From positions 746,144-810,143 of the forward strand of contig NMRA01000046.1 in assembly GCA_002633005.1 (NCBI GenBank): a stretch of DNA of 64,000 nucleotides. The letters are read 5' to 3'. Positions within the stretch are counted from its first letter, which is position 1. The number at the start of each line of letters is the position of its first letter. Shown in pieces: positions 1-12,437 of this stretch. Made by a program: the position numbers and the translations under genes. Below the pieces are notes generated by a model. That model was given only the letters and a program-made list of their open reading frames with translations, searched no databases and had not been told where the DNA came from. This DNA is from Phoronis australis (taxonomy: Eukaryota > Animalia > Phoronida).

Positions 1-285
1 ACCTCACTCAGAGACTAGTTCTACATAAGTAAGAGACCTCACTCAGAGACTAGTTCTACATACGTAAGAGACCTCACTCAGAGACTAGTTCTACATAAGT
101 AAGAGACCTCACTCAGAGACTAGTTCTACATAAGTAAGAGACCTCACTCAGAGACTAGTTCTACATAAGAGACCTCACTCAGAGACTAGTTCTACATAAG
201 TAAGAGACCTCACTCCGAGACTAGTTCTACATAAGTAAGAGACCTCACTCAGAGACTAGTTCTACATAAGTAAGAGACCTCACTC
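1..285. repeat. 35-bp minisatellite, ~8 copies (truncated by window start)
   Basis: Unit acctcactcagagactagttctacataagtaagag recurs at 1, 36, 71, 106, etc.; one copy has a 4-bp deletion. Confidence 0.97.
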
Positions 286-376
286 AAAATATTGTCATTG
301 ACTGGTGTGAACATAGCACCTTTTAAAAAATATTTTTGATGCCAAAAGTAACCATGCTTGTGAAGACTATGATTAC

Positions 377-865
377 CTGAACTTGTTGATTAATTGTTTG
401 TCTACAAGGTCAGGATACAAATATTCCAGTTGGAGTGCTACATTCATGGAAGAGTGCTCCACGGTACCATCTGGCCGAATGTTACAGTTAATCGCGATGT
501 CACAGACTTTGTTAACAAACACAAAGTCTTTGTCTTTCGCCAACACAGCAATGTCTTTCAAGGACGGCACCTTCCCTTGGTTCAGTTGTGTTCTCAAAAT
601 GGTTATGTACTTCTTACGAATCCATCGATGAACACTTGTTATCACGTACTCGACCAACATTGCAGCTATTGTTTCAATGACCTCTTGACTCCACATTCAG
701 AAAAATATACAGAGTATAGTTGTTCACAATATCAACTGGAAAGTTCATTGGTCTTCTGTATAACTACACCTGCGTTCATTGTTCAACACATGAGCCTCTG
801 AATGACTCCTTGATTCTAGATCAGCATCCGTTCAATGAACCATTCACAAATGTTAGATTGAGAAT
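377..865 (-). pseudogene. Exon-like segment of an unidentified minus-strand gene; 3' part open (ORF 373-696), 5' part interrupted by stops
   Basis: Acceptor tttttgtag at 866 and donor gtaatc at 376. Protein-like stretch WSQEVIETIAAMLVEYV...LINKF runs up to the donor, but all three frames contain stops between 865 and 697. Confidence 0.4.
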
Positions 866-1216
866 CTACAAAAATAGATAAAAGATGTGAATAAACAGAA
901 ACACGTCCACATTATCGACAGCAAGCTTGCCTGCATCAATGAATCAAGCCACATAAAAATAACACAAGATGTTATGATGATGCTCTTCAATTACAGTCAA
1001 CCCCTTGATTTCCCAGATGACACAAGAGTTCTACAATACTTATGAAGGGACCTCAGGTTAACTTTTATAAATGGAATGGAGCATTTCTGTCACCCTTGAA
1101 CATGTGTAAAAGTTTCATCTCAAGTCTAAAAAAATGCTGTAGTCATGTGGGATATCAACTGACAAAATACTCAGCTACCAACAAATGCACACCGACCAGC
1201 GTCTTTATTCATTTAA

Positions 1217-3207
1217 CACAAGAGCAACGCAGAGCGTTGAAATGCGCCCACAATTGCACCGCATACAATATCCTTCTAGGGTTGTTTATTGGTACCATAA
1301 AGTGGCCAGTAGAGGGCATATATGTAGTATGTTGTACTTTGCAAAATGGAAAGGCATGGTCATTGTCTCCTCAATAGGCTAGGGGCAAAATGTGAGTAAT
1401 CTTCATAATACAAGCACATCCTATACACCAGTTGCTTAAAGCACCACAGAAAGAATTAAAAACAAATTTACCAACATACGAGCACAGCATTAGAATGCCA
1501 GAAACAAATTTCTACTTGGAACTTTTCCTTCATAGTCACGAAGTAACACAAAGTATACACCTGAAGACCTATGAAAATACAGAGGTCAATGTAAAATACC
1601 AAAATTGCCACTAGAGGCAAATACTAAAATTGCCACTAGAGACATACCGGTAGTCAGAATCATCCTAAAGTCGTCATCGTCCGTTGTCAACATCACATAA
1701 ATACACTTGCTAAATTTAGTAAAGATCCTGCAAACGGTTTGGGAGATACAGCCATGGGTGCAAAAAAACAAAACTGCCACTAGGAGGCGCCACAGAAGTC
1801 CAAATCGTCTGAAAATCATTGTCAGCTGTCTTCCATATAGTAAGCACATACACACCAATTTTCACAATCATCCTTTGAGCGGTTTGGTTGATAGAGGAGT
1901 GGACGCAAAAATACAGACTCGAAAACAGTAAAAATGGCCACTAGGTGGCGCAAACTATGTCGAATCCATCTGAAAACGGGAGGATAGCGTCATCTCACTA
2001 ATAGGTGCCTACATACCAAATTTCATGAAAATCCGTTCAGGACTTTTGAAGATACAAAGGTAAGCGTAAAAAACTAAAATTGCCACTAGGGGGCACACCG
2101 GTAGTCGGATCCGTCCAAAAGTCGTCATCTTCCGTTGTTAACATCATATAAATATACTTACACAATTTCGTAAAGATCCTGCGAACGGTTTAGGAGATAC
2201 AGCCATAGGCGCAAAAAAAAAAAAACTGCCACTAGGAGGCGCCACAGTAGTCGAAATCGTCGGAAAATCATCGTCAACCGTCCTCTACATAGTAAGCATA
2301 TACATGCCAATTTTCACAATCATCCTTTGAGCGGTTTGGTTGATAGAGGGGTGGACGCACAAAAACAGACTCGAAAACACTAAAAATGGCCACTAGGTGG
2401 CGCAAACTATGTCGAATCCATCTGAAAACGGGAGGATAGCGTCATCTCACTAATAGGTGCCTACATACCAAATTTCATGAAAATCCAATAAGGACTTGTG
2501 AAGATACAAAGGTAAGCGTAAAAAAATTAAAATTGCCACTAGGGGGCACACCGGTAGTCGGATCCGTCCAAAAGTCGTCATCTTCCGTTGTTAACATCAT
2601 ATAAATATACTTACACAATTTCGTAAAGATCCTGCGAACGGTTTAGGAGATACAGCCATAGGCGCAAAAAAAACAAAACTGCCACTAGGAGGCGCCACAG
2701 TAGTCGAAATCGTCGGAAAATCATCGTCAACCGTCCTCTACATAGTAAGCACATACATGCCAATTTTCACAATCATCCTTTGAGCGGTTTGGTTGATAGA
2801 GGGGTGGAAGCACAAAAACAGACTCGAAAACAGTAAAAATGGCCACTAGGTGGCGCAAACTATGTCGAATCCATCCGAAAACGGCAGGATAGCGTCATCT
2901 CACTACTAGGTGCCTACATACCAAATTTCATGAAAATCCGTTCAGGACTTTTGAAGATACAAAGGTAAGCGTAAAAAACTAAAATTGCCACTAGGGGGCA
3001 CACCGGTAGTCGGATCCGTCCAAAAGTTCGCACATGCCGTCCCATTCATGAATGGAACATATGTGCCAAATTTCATGAACGTATGTCAAAGGGTTTTGGA
3101 GATAGAGCAGCGGACGCCGGACGCTGCCCGGACGGACGGACGGACGGACGGACGGACAGAGATGACGGCATAATGCGTCCACATATAAATATGTGGGCGC
3201 ATAAAAA
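1217..3207 (+). mobile_element. Helentron/HINE-like non-autonomous element with internal tandem array
   Basis: 5' acaagag plus small hairpin caacgc-aga-gcgttg; subterminal inverted repeat atgcgcccaca (1242-1252) / tgtgggcgcat (3192-3202); (GGAC)n microsatellite at ~3130-3157; 3' stem-loop 3173-3202 followed by an A-run; central ~452-bp tandem units. Confidence 0.8.
1610..3025. repeat. ~452-bp tandem repeat (3 units), each built of three ~150-bp diverged subunits
   Basis: tgccactag anchors at 1631, 2081, 2534 and 2986; related ccactagg motifs every ~146-160 bp. Confidence 0.93.
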
Positions 3208-3239
3208 GAGCAATTCTCTAATAAGTCTTCAGGACATGA

Positions 3240-5450
3240 TTTAAACCAAACTGAGTACGCTTCCTCGCTCCAAGGCTAAAGGAAAGCGGGATGTTGTTGG
3301 GGATCAACCTTTGGCCACAGCCAATAGGAAGATTGTCTGGACTTGCATCACAGTTAGACAACACTTGGAAAATGTCATGATTGAAGGTTCACATCATTGT
3401 TGGATGCCAAAATACACATTTACACTGACTTGATCACCATGGTAAAATCTCTTTAATTTTGAAGAAAAATAAGTGCCAAAACTGTTGTTTTTATTTTTGT
3501 AGGCATCCAACATTGTCATGAATGCCCACAATTTCTCAAATTCTTGTCTGATGGTAGCTGTGGAATAGAATGTCTAAAAAGATAACATAAGCTTTTGACA
3601 ATAAGCTTGAAAACTGGCCGTGAACTTTTGAGACATCATGCGGAAGTCCAAGGAATTGGAGCATTCAAACCCAGTAATAAAAAAACATGATCGCCCTGGC
3701 CACCCCATAGTGGTGCGGCAGATGTTTTATCTGGGAATGCTCTATGAATGACGAACAATATCAGAAAGAACAATAACATGTGAATTCTCAAAATCTAGAA
3801 CTACGAAAACTTTTGGTTCATAACAAAAAGTTTTGATCTATGAGTTCTGATCTATGACAAATCCTGTAAGCATAATCCATGGAAAGAAAAATGCTAAACA
3901 GAAATACACGAATAATGCAGAGGGTTGATATGCGCCCACCATGTGCATTGCAAATGCAATGTAAGGGTTCCATTTTTTAAATATCTGAAAATCAACACTA
4001 GCTATGCTTTCCCTAATAGGAACACATACACCAAATTCCACAGTTGTGTAAAATAATATGGTAGATACTGAGACAGCCTCCCCCAAAAGAAACAAAACTG
4101 CCACTATGGGGAGCCATAGTGGTTGGAACCAAACGAGTATAAACGACAGCCATGTTCTTCTCAATCAGACCACCTATGGCAAAATTCCAAGATCCATCAA
4201 AGAACTTGTTAGAGGCAGATACACAGAAAATTGAAATTGCTATACAGCAGATCTGTACACAATAAACAAGGTGACATTTTGAACCTTGCCAGACTTCCAG
4301 CAGTTCAAAATATCTCCATGATAAACAGCACACGTTGACCAAAAACGATGGATTTAAATCAACTTGACATGTTTCGATGTTTATTAAACTACCATCCTCA
4401 GAAGCAAAAACAGTGGCCACCTACTTAGGCCCAACAACAAGTAATGAAACACAGACACAGTCAGTGTCAGGAGAGTAACAGTAGACTAGACAAACAACGA
4501 CAACCTGTGGTGTTCTAGTTGCCTATTGAGACTGGGCTTGCACCAATTGATATGTAGAACCTCACAAATTTTCAGCTCCTTTGATGTTTCTGCCTGGTCT
4601 GTTACAGCAAAGTCATTGAAAGAGCATTGTTCGTAACAATGATTGGAGCTCTGCTGATGAATATTAATATGTGACCTTCTGTCAAAATTTAGATGTTCCC
4701 TGGTCCGGGTTTTCAAATGGCAATAGTGATGTAAATGGCATACACTATACTACCTTAAGTGATGTACACTGAAGGAATGATATACAAGATCAAAATAAGC
4801 TACTATGGCTGATAATAGCAGCTTCACTCCACCACAGTTAGGTGCATTTATAGGTACTCATACATGGGAAATTAAAACAGATAGACGAAACATAGAATGG
4901 CACAAGAAAAGCCATTTAAGGTCAAGGACGAATCCTGATGATGATTACAACAAAACAACTACTGTTTTGTAGCCAGCCCAGAGCAACATATGTAAATTAT
5001 GAATCATCTGATCGCATGCACTCTCATCAGCTGTTCGCCACGTATACACTAAAGTCCAGAGTCAAAGTGCCATGACAAGTGGTTGCTGAAGAGACACTGT
5101 ATGAATATAGCAGCCCTGATCAGTTCCATCCACTAAGTAACAAAGGTGGGTGCCTCCATCTGGGGCACTCGGTTACTTTCTGCCCCATCTGTAGACGATC
5201 TAGCTATGCCATTTCGCTCAGGGTCTGAGCTCAGTCCACTGGGGTAGGTTATTTACACAACTGTTAACTACAACCCAGCATGAAAATGCCAGGTCACAGA
5301 CAATGGTATTCTTAAATGGAACTATATTAAAGTGTGCAGAGAGTGTCTGGCACATCTGTACCACTAGCTTTGTTTCTTGGTTAGTGATGCTTGGTGTTAT
5401 AATTTTATTTATTCCACTGTCAGGGGTCCCACATAACAAAAAAATCCAGG
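3240..5450 (-). pseudogene. Possible decayed long coding exon with hydrophobic (transmembrane-like) segments, interrupted by a Penelope-like fragment
   Basis: Overlapping hydrophobic ORF pieces in different frames (3838-4164, 4013-4420, 5218-5439) separated by stops/frameshifts; no family recognised. Confidence 0.25.
4470..4725 (-). mobile_element. Penelope-like retroelement 3' remnant (C-terminal part of GIY-YIG endonuclease)
   Basis: ORF 4486-4716 KTRTREHL...HINIHQ...ELKICEVLHINWCKPSLNRQ...LSLFV matches the typical PLE endonuclease tail (R..EH, E..hI...KP.LN.Q). Confidence 0.75.
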
Positions 5451-6561
5451 TATTGAAATTAATAAAGACTCTTTTACTTCTTTATTTGGGAAGTCAAATT
5501 TTTACATGCAAGTAATGCCTACAATTTGTTGGAAAGCAGATGGTTACACAGCAAAGTCTTCTTGTGACAGTTTAAAAAATCACTCTAAAGACCACGGCAA
5601 TTTAATAAAATGTAATAACATTAACTTAAAACGCTTTAATACAATTTCACAGGAATGTGTTCCTTGTTTTAATATGGATATGTAGGCGTATGTTTGGCAA
5701 ATGTGCGCCAATTTTGACCAAAAACATACTGTTGTGGTTGACATAAGATAATTCAAAATTAATTATTAAAATTAAATGAGAAAAATGCAACAGTTGAAAT
5801 AGCTGATTGCTCAGTCACATTCCACTCACAGACAGCCAGACGGCTTATCACTGTGGCAAATCAAATGCGAAGCTGTTAACGTGATAAACAAACTGCTGCA
5901 CACTAACGTTAAGTGGCCGTCCGCAGAAACCTACCCCAACATACGGACGCTGGACTTCAGACACTGAGCGAAATGGTTAATAACCGATCTCTAAAGTGAC
6001 GTCCACTATGTATATATATTTTTAACTTGCTATAGTTGTTCTCGTATTTTTTGATCTTCATTGTTATACAGAGGCATAATACTGTGAAAAGAGTGTGGTC
6101 ACTTGAACCAAGAAGCAGAAGATCTGATCACAGGCACCTGTAGCTGTCATCTGACCTGCCAAATTTCTTGAAGATCCTGCAAAGGGATTGAGGAGATAAA
6201 ACAGCAGAAAATGGGAAGCCAGACAGAGATTATGGCAATATACACCCACATATGTACATGTGAGTGCACGATTACAAAATGACAGCTTCGTTGTAAGTCA
6301 CAATAATTCATAATCTCAGAACAAAAAGAAGAATTATGCAGGAAGGGCACAGACATATTGATTAGTTATAAATTAAGAAATGTAAAGTATATTCAAAGGT
6401 AATATAAAATTTGTAAAGCAATTATAGTTTACCATTTATCGTCTCCGTAAAAATAAAAATAAATACATTAAGAGCATTTTTGGTGTGCAAATTTTAATAA
6501 AATGGGAGTTCAATTCATATTAATTAGATTTTTCACATTTTACTTAATTATTTATTCATAC

Positions 6562-6670
6562 CTGATCCCAAATTTCCTGAAGAGAAACAGCCAAGGAGGC
6601 ACAGAATAGTTCTCTCAGGTGTTTGCCTGAACAGAACACACATCAATGGACTCTTCACTCTTTCTTCACT
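6562..6670 (-). other. Candidate internal exon of the left minus-strand transcript
   Basis: Acceptor ttttgcag and donor CAG|gtatga flank a GC-richer block within AT-rich sequence. Confidence 0.35.
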
Positions 6671-6865
6671 CTGCAAAAACTGCAGGCAAATAAAGAAAAG
6701 TTTTGAGTCATTTAAAAAACTTGGTTTACCGAGCTCTGATTTTCTGGATTATGCAAACATTAAAATTCAAATTTGCAACGTTTTCATTTCCACCATCATG
6801 TTATGGAAACAAGAAAAATTGGCAACAATCCGTACAAGCAACACAAAATATGCAGTAGCATCACC

Positions 6866-7720
6866 TAGCCTTGGTGGAAAGCTGTATACCGGGCACTTAG
6901 AAAAATTCATTTCACAGGGACGGGACGCTTATTGTAGCCTAAGGCAGTTGAAACCCGATTTCCGAAATGGGTAAAATCGGAAGCTAGGATTTATCAAATT
7001 TATGCTCTACGACATATTTGTAGCCTATGACAGTCTTTCTACAAAATTGTGGTGCATTGCTATCAAACTCCTTTGTTAAATTACAATCATTTTTCAAAAA
7101 ATGGTGCTGAAATTCCAGGGCGAAAACTTGCTGACTGATACGTCGCTGAATCGCGATCGTAGAAAGGAAAATTGAATTCTTGAATAAAAATACAGTTTCG
7201 ACTCAACAAATTATCCAAGATCCTCCTTATTTTTTACAATTTTTTAAATTAATGTGGAGTCCAGATTAATTGCGATTAAGTCCAAATCTGCGCTACATCG
7301 TACCCCACAACATGAGAAAAACCTCTGGATGAACACACGTTGTCACATGACGTTTGTTTTGAAGTTCGTCTGCATATGAGAGTGAGTGAGCGAGCGCGTG
7401 CGGGTCATCGACGACAGACTTTTGTTACAAAAGGCGGAGGATTATGCAAGAAAATGGCGTTTATTAGATTGTTTTTCACTTAAACGGCTGCAACGTGCAA
7501 GGTTAGTGCTGGTTAACTCACACATTTTGTGTGCACATGCCGACGGTCGTTAGCTCTACCGTGGAGTAAAACATTAATAGTCCTAGGCTCGATCTATATG
7601 TTGGGGACGAGGTGACGAGGTGAACTACCCGGGCTGTGTGAAATTTTTGGGTCTAACAGAGATACTGACACAGTGGTACCTATAGTCAGCCAGCTCGCTG
7701 TATCAAGACTATCGTCAAAA
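6866..7720 (+). mobile_element. Diverged copy of the tagccttggt-ended repeat family
   Basis: Starts tagccttggtggaaagctgtata, like 10571; block gcaagaaaatggcgtttattagattgtttttcacttaaacggctg (~7446) is shared with ~12622; 3' part resembles 62500-62530. Confidence 0.55.
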
Positions 7721-8492
7721 TCCAAATTTGTTTTATCATGTCCCTGTCAATAATGACGGCATGCTAAAGTTTCTTAATGTTCGTACTTCAGGAATATAAC
7801 GATCTCGTGTTTTGCATACATACGCGCATGCCGCAGATCACATCGCGGAAATTTCCGATTTGACGGATGACAATGAATGAGCACAATGAAATTAAACAAC
7901 GTCGTTTTACACCTTGTAAGAGCTATAATAAACGTATTTTGAATATTGCAATGCATGTGTTCCAAAATCTAAATAACTTGGGTCCTATATTTTTGTATTC
8001 GTGCATGCTGAATGAAAGTTACATTATGAGTGTTGCTGTGTAGCTAAATCTCTTATTCTGGGCCGATTTGAAAAAATTCAAAGTTGTACCAACAATTTTT
8101 TTTCTCTCCTCTTTTCAAACATTACACTCAAAGCAACGTAAAACGCTCTTCATAAAAAGTACGGTCCTCTACACTAGATTGTAATCAGCTGATCATATTC
8201 GCATGTGAGTGAAACCAATTATCCTCGCTCATGACTCGATGAATAGAGGAGCTAGGCAGGATCCCTTTGATCGTGAGCTGAGTGCAAACACAGCCAAAGT
8301 GGATGAATACAGTCTAGTTCAATCGGCCAAACCCCACAGTTTTCCCTGATCAGTGGTGTTGTGACATCATCTCATTTAGTGGGAATGTTCATGGCGTGTT
8401 CAATCCCACTAAAAACCAAGCTAGACTAAGAAAAATAAGGGCAAAAAATGCAAAATCGGCACTTTTCACCCCAAAACCACCACTTCCCTGCC

Positions 8493-10005
8493 CAGGGCTC
8501 GACATAACGAGCTGCAGGTCGCATTTGCGACCTGAAATTTCGAAATGCGAGCTGAGATTTTTGTCAGCTCGTATCAAGTCGCAAAATGCGACCTGGAATT
8601 TCCAGCGAATGCGAGCTGAGTTTTTACACTTCTCAACAGATACCTGGCAAATACAAAGCAGCTCTTGTTAATCCGACCGTTATTTGGTCGCTGCCAAATC
8701 CAAGTTCAAAACAACACTAACGGGGACAGCCCTCCCGATGACTTGTATGTAAGTCGCGTGAACATGGGATATGCAGTATCGATATTGGACGCGTATGATT
8801 GGCTAACACTTTCGGCCACTTTTGTAAATTCCCGGATTCGCCGAAGAAAGTTTCGGGCCACTGCTTAACACGTGATAAAACTTCAAAAACAACGGTGTTT
8901 CTACTAATTCTTAAGCGATTAACTTACCAAACTTTGTGGTGGACAAAAATGTTTATTTTNNNNNNNNNNNNNNNNNNNNNNNNNNNNNNNNNNNNNNNNN
9001 NNNNNNNNNNNNNNNNNNNNNNNNNNNNNNNNNNNNNNNNNNNNNNNNNNNNNNNNNNNNNNNNNNNNNNNNNNNNNNNNNNNNNNNNNNNNNNNNNNNN
9101 NNNNNNNNNNNNNNNNNNNNNNNNNNNNNNNNNNNNNNNNNNNNNNNNNNNNNNNNNNNNNNNNNNNNNNNNNNNNNNNNNNNNNNNNNNNNNNNNNNNN
9201 NNNNNNNNNNNNNNNNNNNNNNNNNNNNNNNNNNNNNNNNNNNNNNNNNNNNNNNNNNNNNNNNNNNNNNNNNNNNNNNNNNNNNNNNNNNNNNNNNNNN
9301 NNNNNNNNNNNNNNNNNNNNNNNNNNNNNNNNNNNNNNNNNNNNNNNNNNNNNNNNNNNNNNNNNNNNNNNNNNNNNNNNNNNNNNNNNNNNNNNNNNNN
9401 NNNNNNNNNNNNNNNNNNNNNNNNNNNNNNNNNNNNNNNNNNNNNNNNNNNNNNNNNNNNNNNNNNNNNNNNNNNNNNNNNNNNNNNNNNNNNNNNNNNN
9501 NNNNNNNNNNNNNNNNNNNNNNNNNNNNNNNNNNNNNNNNNNNNNNNNNNNNNNNNNNNNNNNNNNNNNNNNNNNNNNNNNNNNNNNNNNNNNNNNNNNN
9601 NNNNNNNNNNNNNNNNNNNNNNNNNNNNNNNNNNNNNNNNNNNNNNNNNNNNNNNNNNNNNNNNNNNNNNNNNNNNNNNNNNNNNNNNNNNNNNNNNNNN
9701 NNNNNNNNNNNNNNNNNNNNNNNNNNNNNNNNNNNNNNNNNNNNNNNNNNNNNNNNNNNNNNNNNNNNNNNNNNNNNNNNNNNNNNNNNNNNNNNNNNNN
9801 NNNNNNNNNNNNNNNNNNNNNNNNNNNNNNNNNNNNNNNNNNNNNNNNNNNNNNNNATCTAAAAAATCTATTTTGGCGCGTAAAAATGGCGGGAAAATTT
9901 TGCGACCTGGCATTTACGAATGCGAGCTGGATTTTGAAAATGCGACCTGGGATTTTGGCTAGGTCGCAAAATGCGACCTGGCGATTTTAATAACGTCGAG
10001 CCCTG
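8493..10005. mobile_element. hAT-like (hAT5-type) non-autonomous DNA transposon spanning an assembly gap
   Basis: TIR cagggctcgac / gtcgagccctg; 5-bp TSD ctgcc; subterminal tgcgacctg/tgcgagctg repeats at both ends. Confidence 0.8.
8960..9856. other. Assembly gap
   Basis: Run of N. Confidence 1.
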
Positions 10006-10740
10006 CTGCCGATACTCGACTAAAGCCAACACTAGATTCCGAAAGCAAAGTTGCCACCATTTCCAAAAGGTGGTCCAAAAGGACTGTCAACCAGCTAGTT
10101 TTTCTGACTAGTTTGAGGGCTACCTAATTTCTCAGTTGCTACACAGCTATGCACAATTGCAACGGGGGGCCACCATCTTGAAGAAGACTGCAGCTACAGC
10201 CGAAAAAGTGGTCTTTTTTCATTCTCAGCATGTTCACAAATACAAACACATCACATTCACGTGGCCTACATACAATACCCAAGTAAAAATGTCCAAGCCT
10301 GGCCTACCCCTAGATTTTAATATTTTGGTACTGCAAATTGGCCGCGGCCGCAGCCTAACTGTTCAATGCAACTGCTACTAAACGGGAAATTCAGGCAGGT
10401 CCTATGTCCTAACGCCTTAGTGTTAACTCACTCGGAAGACTGTTGCAGCACAGATAAAGAGAGGTATTGCAGGTTATGGGGGTAATAAATATTCTGGTAA
10501 TCACAATAACCTGAATCTCAGTGAATGACCACGATCTCTATTCTGGATAGAGACGATGGTCATTGTTTACTAGCCTTGGTACGAAGCTGTATACTAAAAT
10601 AATATACAGCTTTGCACCCACCGAATTGGGTAAAAAAGTGGTAAGATAAAATCTGACAAAAAATTAATGTTATTAAAAACTACAGTCTTCCTTGAGTAAA
10701 CTACATTATTTTACGGTGTTGGAAAAAATGGCGTTCTACC

Positions 10741-11712
10741 CAGTGGCGGATCTAGGATATCACAAGGGGGCCCAACATTTTGTCCGGCTGTAAGCATTTG
10801 TGCAAACTGAACCACGATTGTACATGTAGATGCGCATAAGCACCAAATGGGGGGAGGTCGGGAGGGGGGTTTGGCCCCCCTCCCGCCCATGAAATTTTTC
10901 TGTTTTTACCTCTAAAAATCAAGCATTTTGCTTGATTCCTGAAGTATTATCCAAGAAAAAAAGGCAAAAGAAAAAAAAAACGGAGACAGTGTCAAACAGG
11001 AAAAACTGCAGATTTCAAAGACTCGAACTCACGACCTCGAGATTAGTGCACACATGCGTTACCACTACACCACCCCGATTTATCTACTAATCTCATACTA
11101 AGAGACCTACTTGTTTATGGTCCACAGCGTTTGCGCGCGAAACCTACTTCTTTTTGTAATGCTTATTACACGTTTTATATTTTGTGCCATCAATTCTTAA
11201 CAAATTTGTCGTATTTAAAATAGTCTTCAAATGCCAAAAAGACCAAATCCATTTTTCGTGTTGGCAAAGAGAGTATTGCGAGTTTCTGAGTGATTCACTA
11301 AGGCTTCGATTAAAATTCACATCTTACCAGCAGCTTCTGTTTTTTCATCGTCACTCAGGTTCCATTTTCTTTAAAAAATGAAGTAAATTTTCTTCATTGC
11401 ACAGTGGAGCAGACGACGGAAACGGAGTCGTAGTGGGCAGCGCCACTGCCGGTCACCTGGGATATCGCGGGAGAGCCTATACTTAGCCATAGTTCCGTTA
11501 CGAATGCGCCGTGTTCCGAATTTGACACTTGAAATTGGATTTGAGCCCCCCCCCTCAACACTAAAACTGCACACATTTAAATCTTTTTTCATCCGTATAA
11601 TTTTAATTACCGGGGTTAATTAATAAACTCAACAGATTTCCCTACGCTCTTACTGTTTTATTTTTTTGCGGCAGCCACCGGGCCCCCTGGGCCCCCCCTA
11701 AATCCGCCTATG
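10741..11712. mobile_element. hAT-like (hAT5-type) non-autonomous element nested in 10571-13136
   Basis: TIR cagtggcggatctagg / cctaaatccgcctatg; TSD ctacc/ctact; the empty site ttctaccgttattc is seen in the homolog at ~62940 (minus strand). Confidence 0.8.
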
Positions 11713-11874
11713 CTACTGTTATTCTGTTGTGGAGCGATCTTTAGTGATGGCTTTCGGCGCCATGAAATACTGAGTCACCTGTTGGCCATTTTTTTTTCGC
11801 CGATTCTTCAATCAACTATTCTTAATTCTTTCACGAGGTTGCATACACATCACAACAAATTATCGGAACTGGTT

Positions 11875-12437
11875 CAGGCCTTTATCGAGGATTTCGAAAA
11901 TAGGGTGTCCAAAATGGGGTTCCCTATATTCCAGGGCGTCCATGATTCCGACGCGTAACCCCCCCCCCCACCCCCAGGAATCCTCCCAAACACACAGATT
12001 TTTTTACAAAAAAATGCATAGACCAAGATTTTTACATCTAATTTTCCAAAACAGCCTTCTGTAGTGAATATTTTTACTAAAATAAAAAACTGTAGACCAA
12101 GACTTTTACAATGCTAAGGTTTTTACATCTAAGTTTCCAAAACAGCCTTCTGTAGTGAACATTTTTACTAAAAAAACTGTAGACCAAGACTTTTACAATG
12201 CTATCAACCAAGTGTGAGCACAGCAACATTGTAAATACATTGTATATTTCTTACTGCTTGTTGAAAAAAGAGCCCCCACTGTGAGCCTTCAGAGGCTTCC
12301 TGACAATGTGTGAGTCCAAACTTGAAAAGTTTTTATTGACAGTGGGCTCCAAATGATACATTGGGCATGCTTGTCAGGGGTCCAGATTATTGCTAGGTCC
12401 AAAGGGATGCGCAGGACGTACGCTGCATAAAGGCCTG
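11875..12437 (+). mobile_element. hAT MITE family A, copy 1 (nested)
   Basis: TIR caggcctttat / ataaaggcctg; perfect 8-bp TSD aactggtt; internal ~70-bp tandem duplication. Confidence 0.92.

Noticed and set aside
1-285. CRISPR-like 35-bp repeats (also the 36- and 37-bp arrays at 27564 and 35226)
   Set aside because: Units are head-to-tail with no unique spacers, there are no cas genes, and the context is eukaryotic
697-840. Selenoprotein-type readthrough of several in-frame TGA codons upstream of ORF 373-696
   Set aside because: No SECIS or selenoprotein motif recognised, and the frame also hits TAA further upstream; decay or UTR is simpler
8799-9962. Long ORFs in the track (also 52354-53208)
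   Set aside because: Artefacts of translating through N gaps
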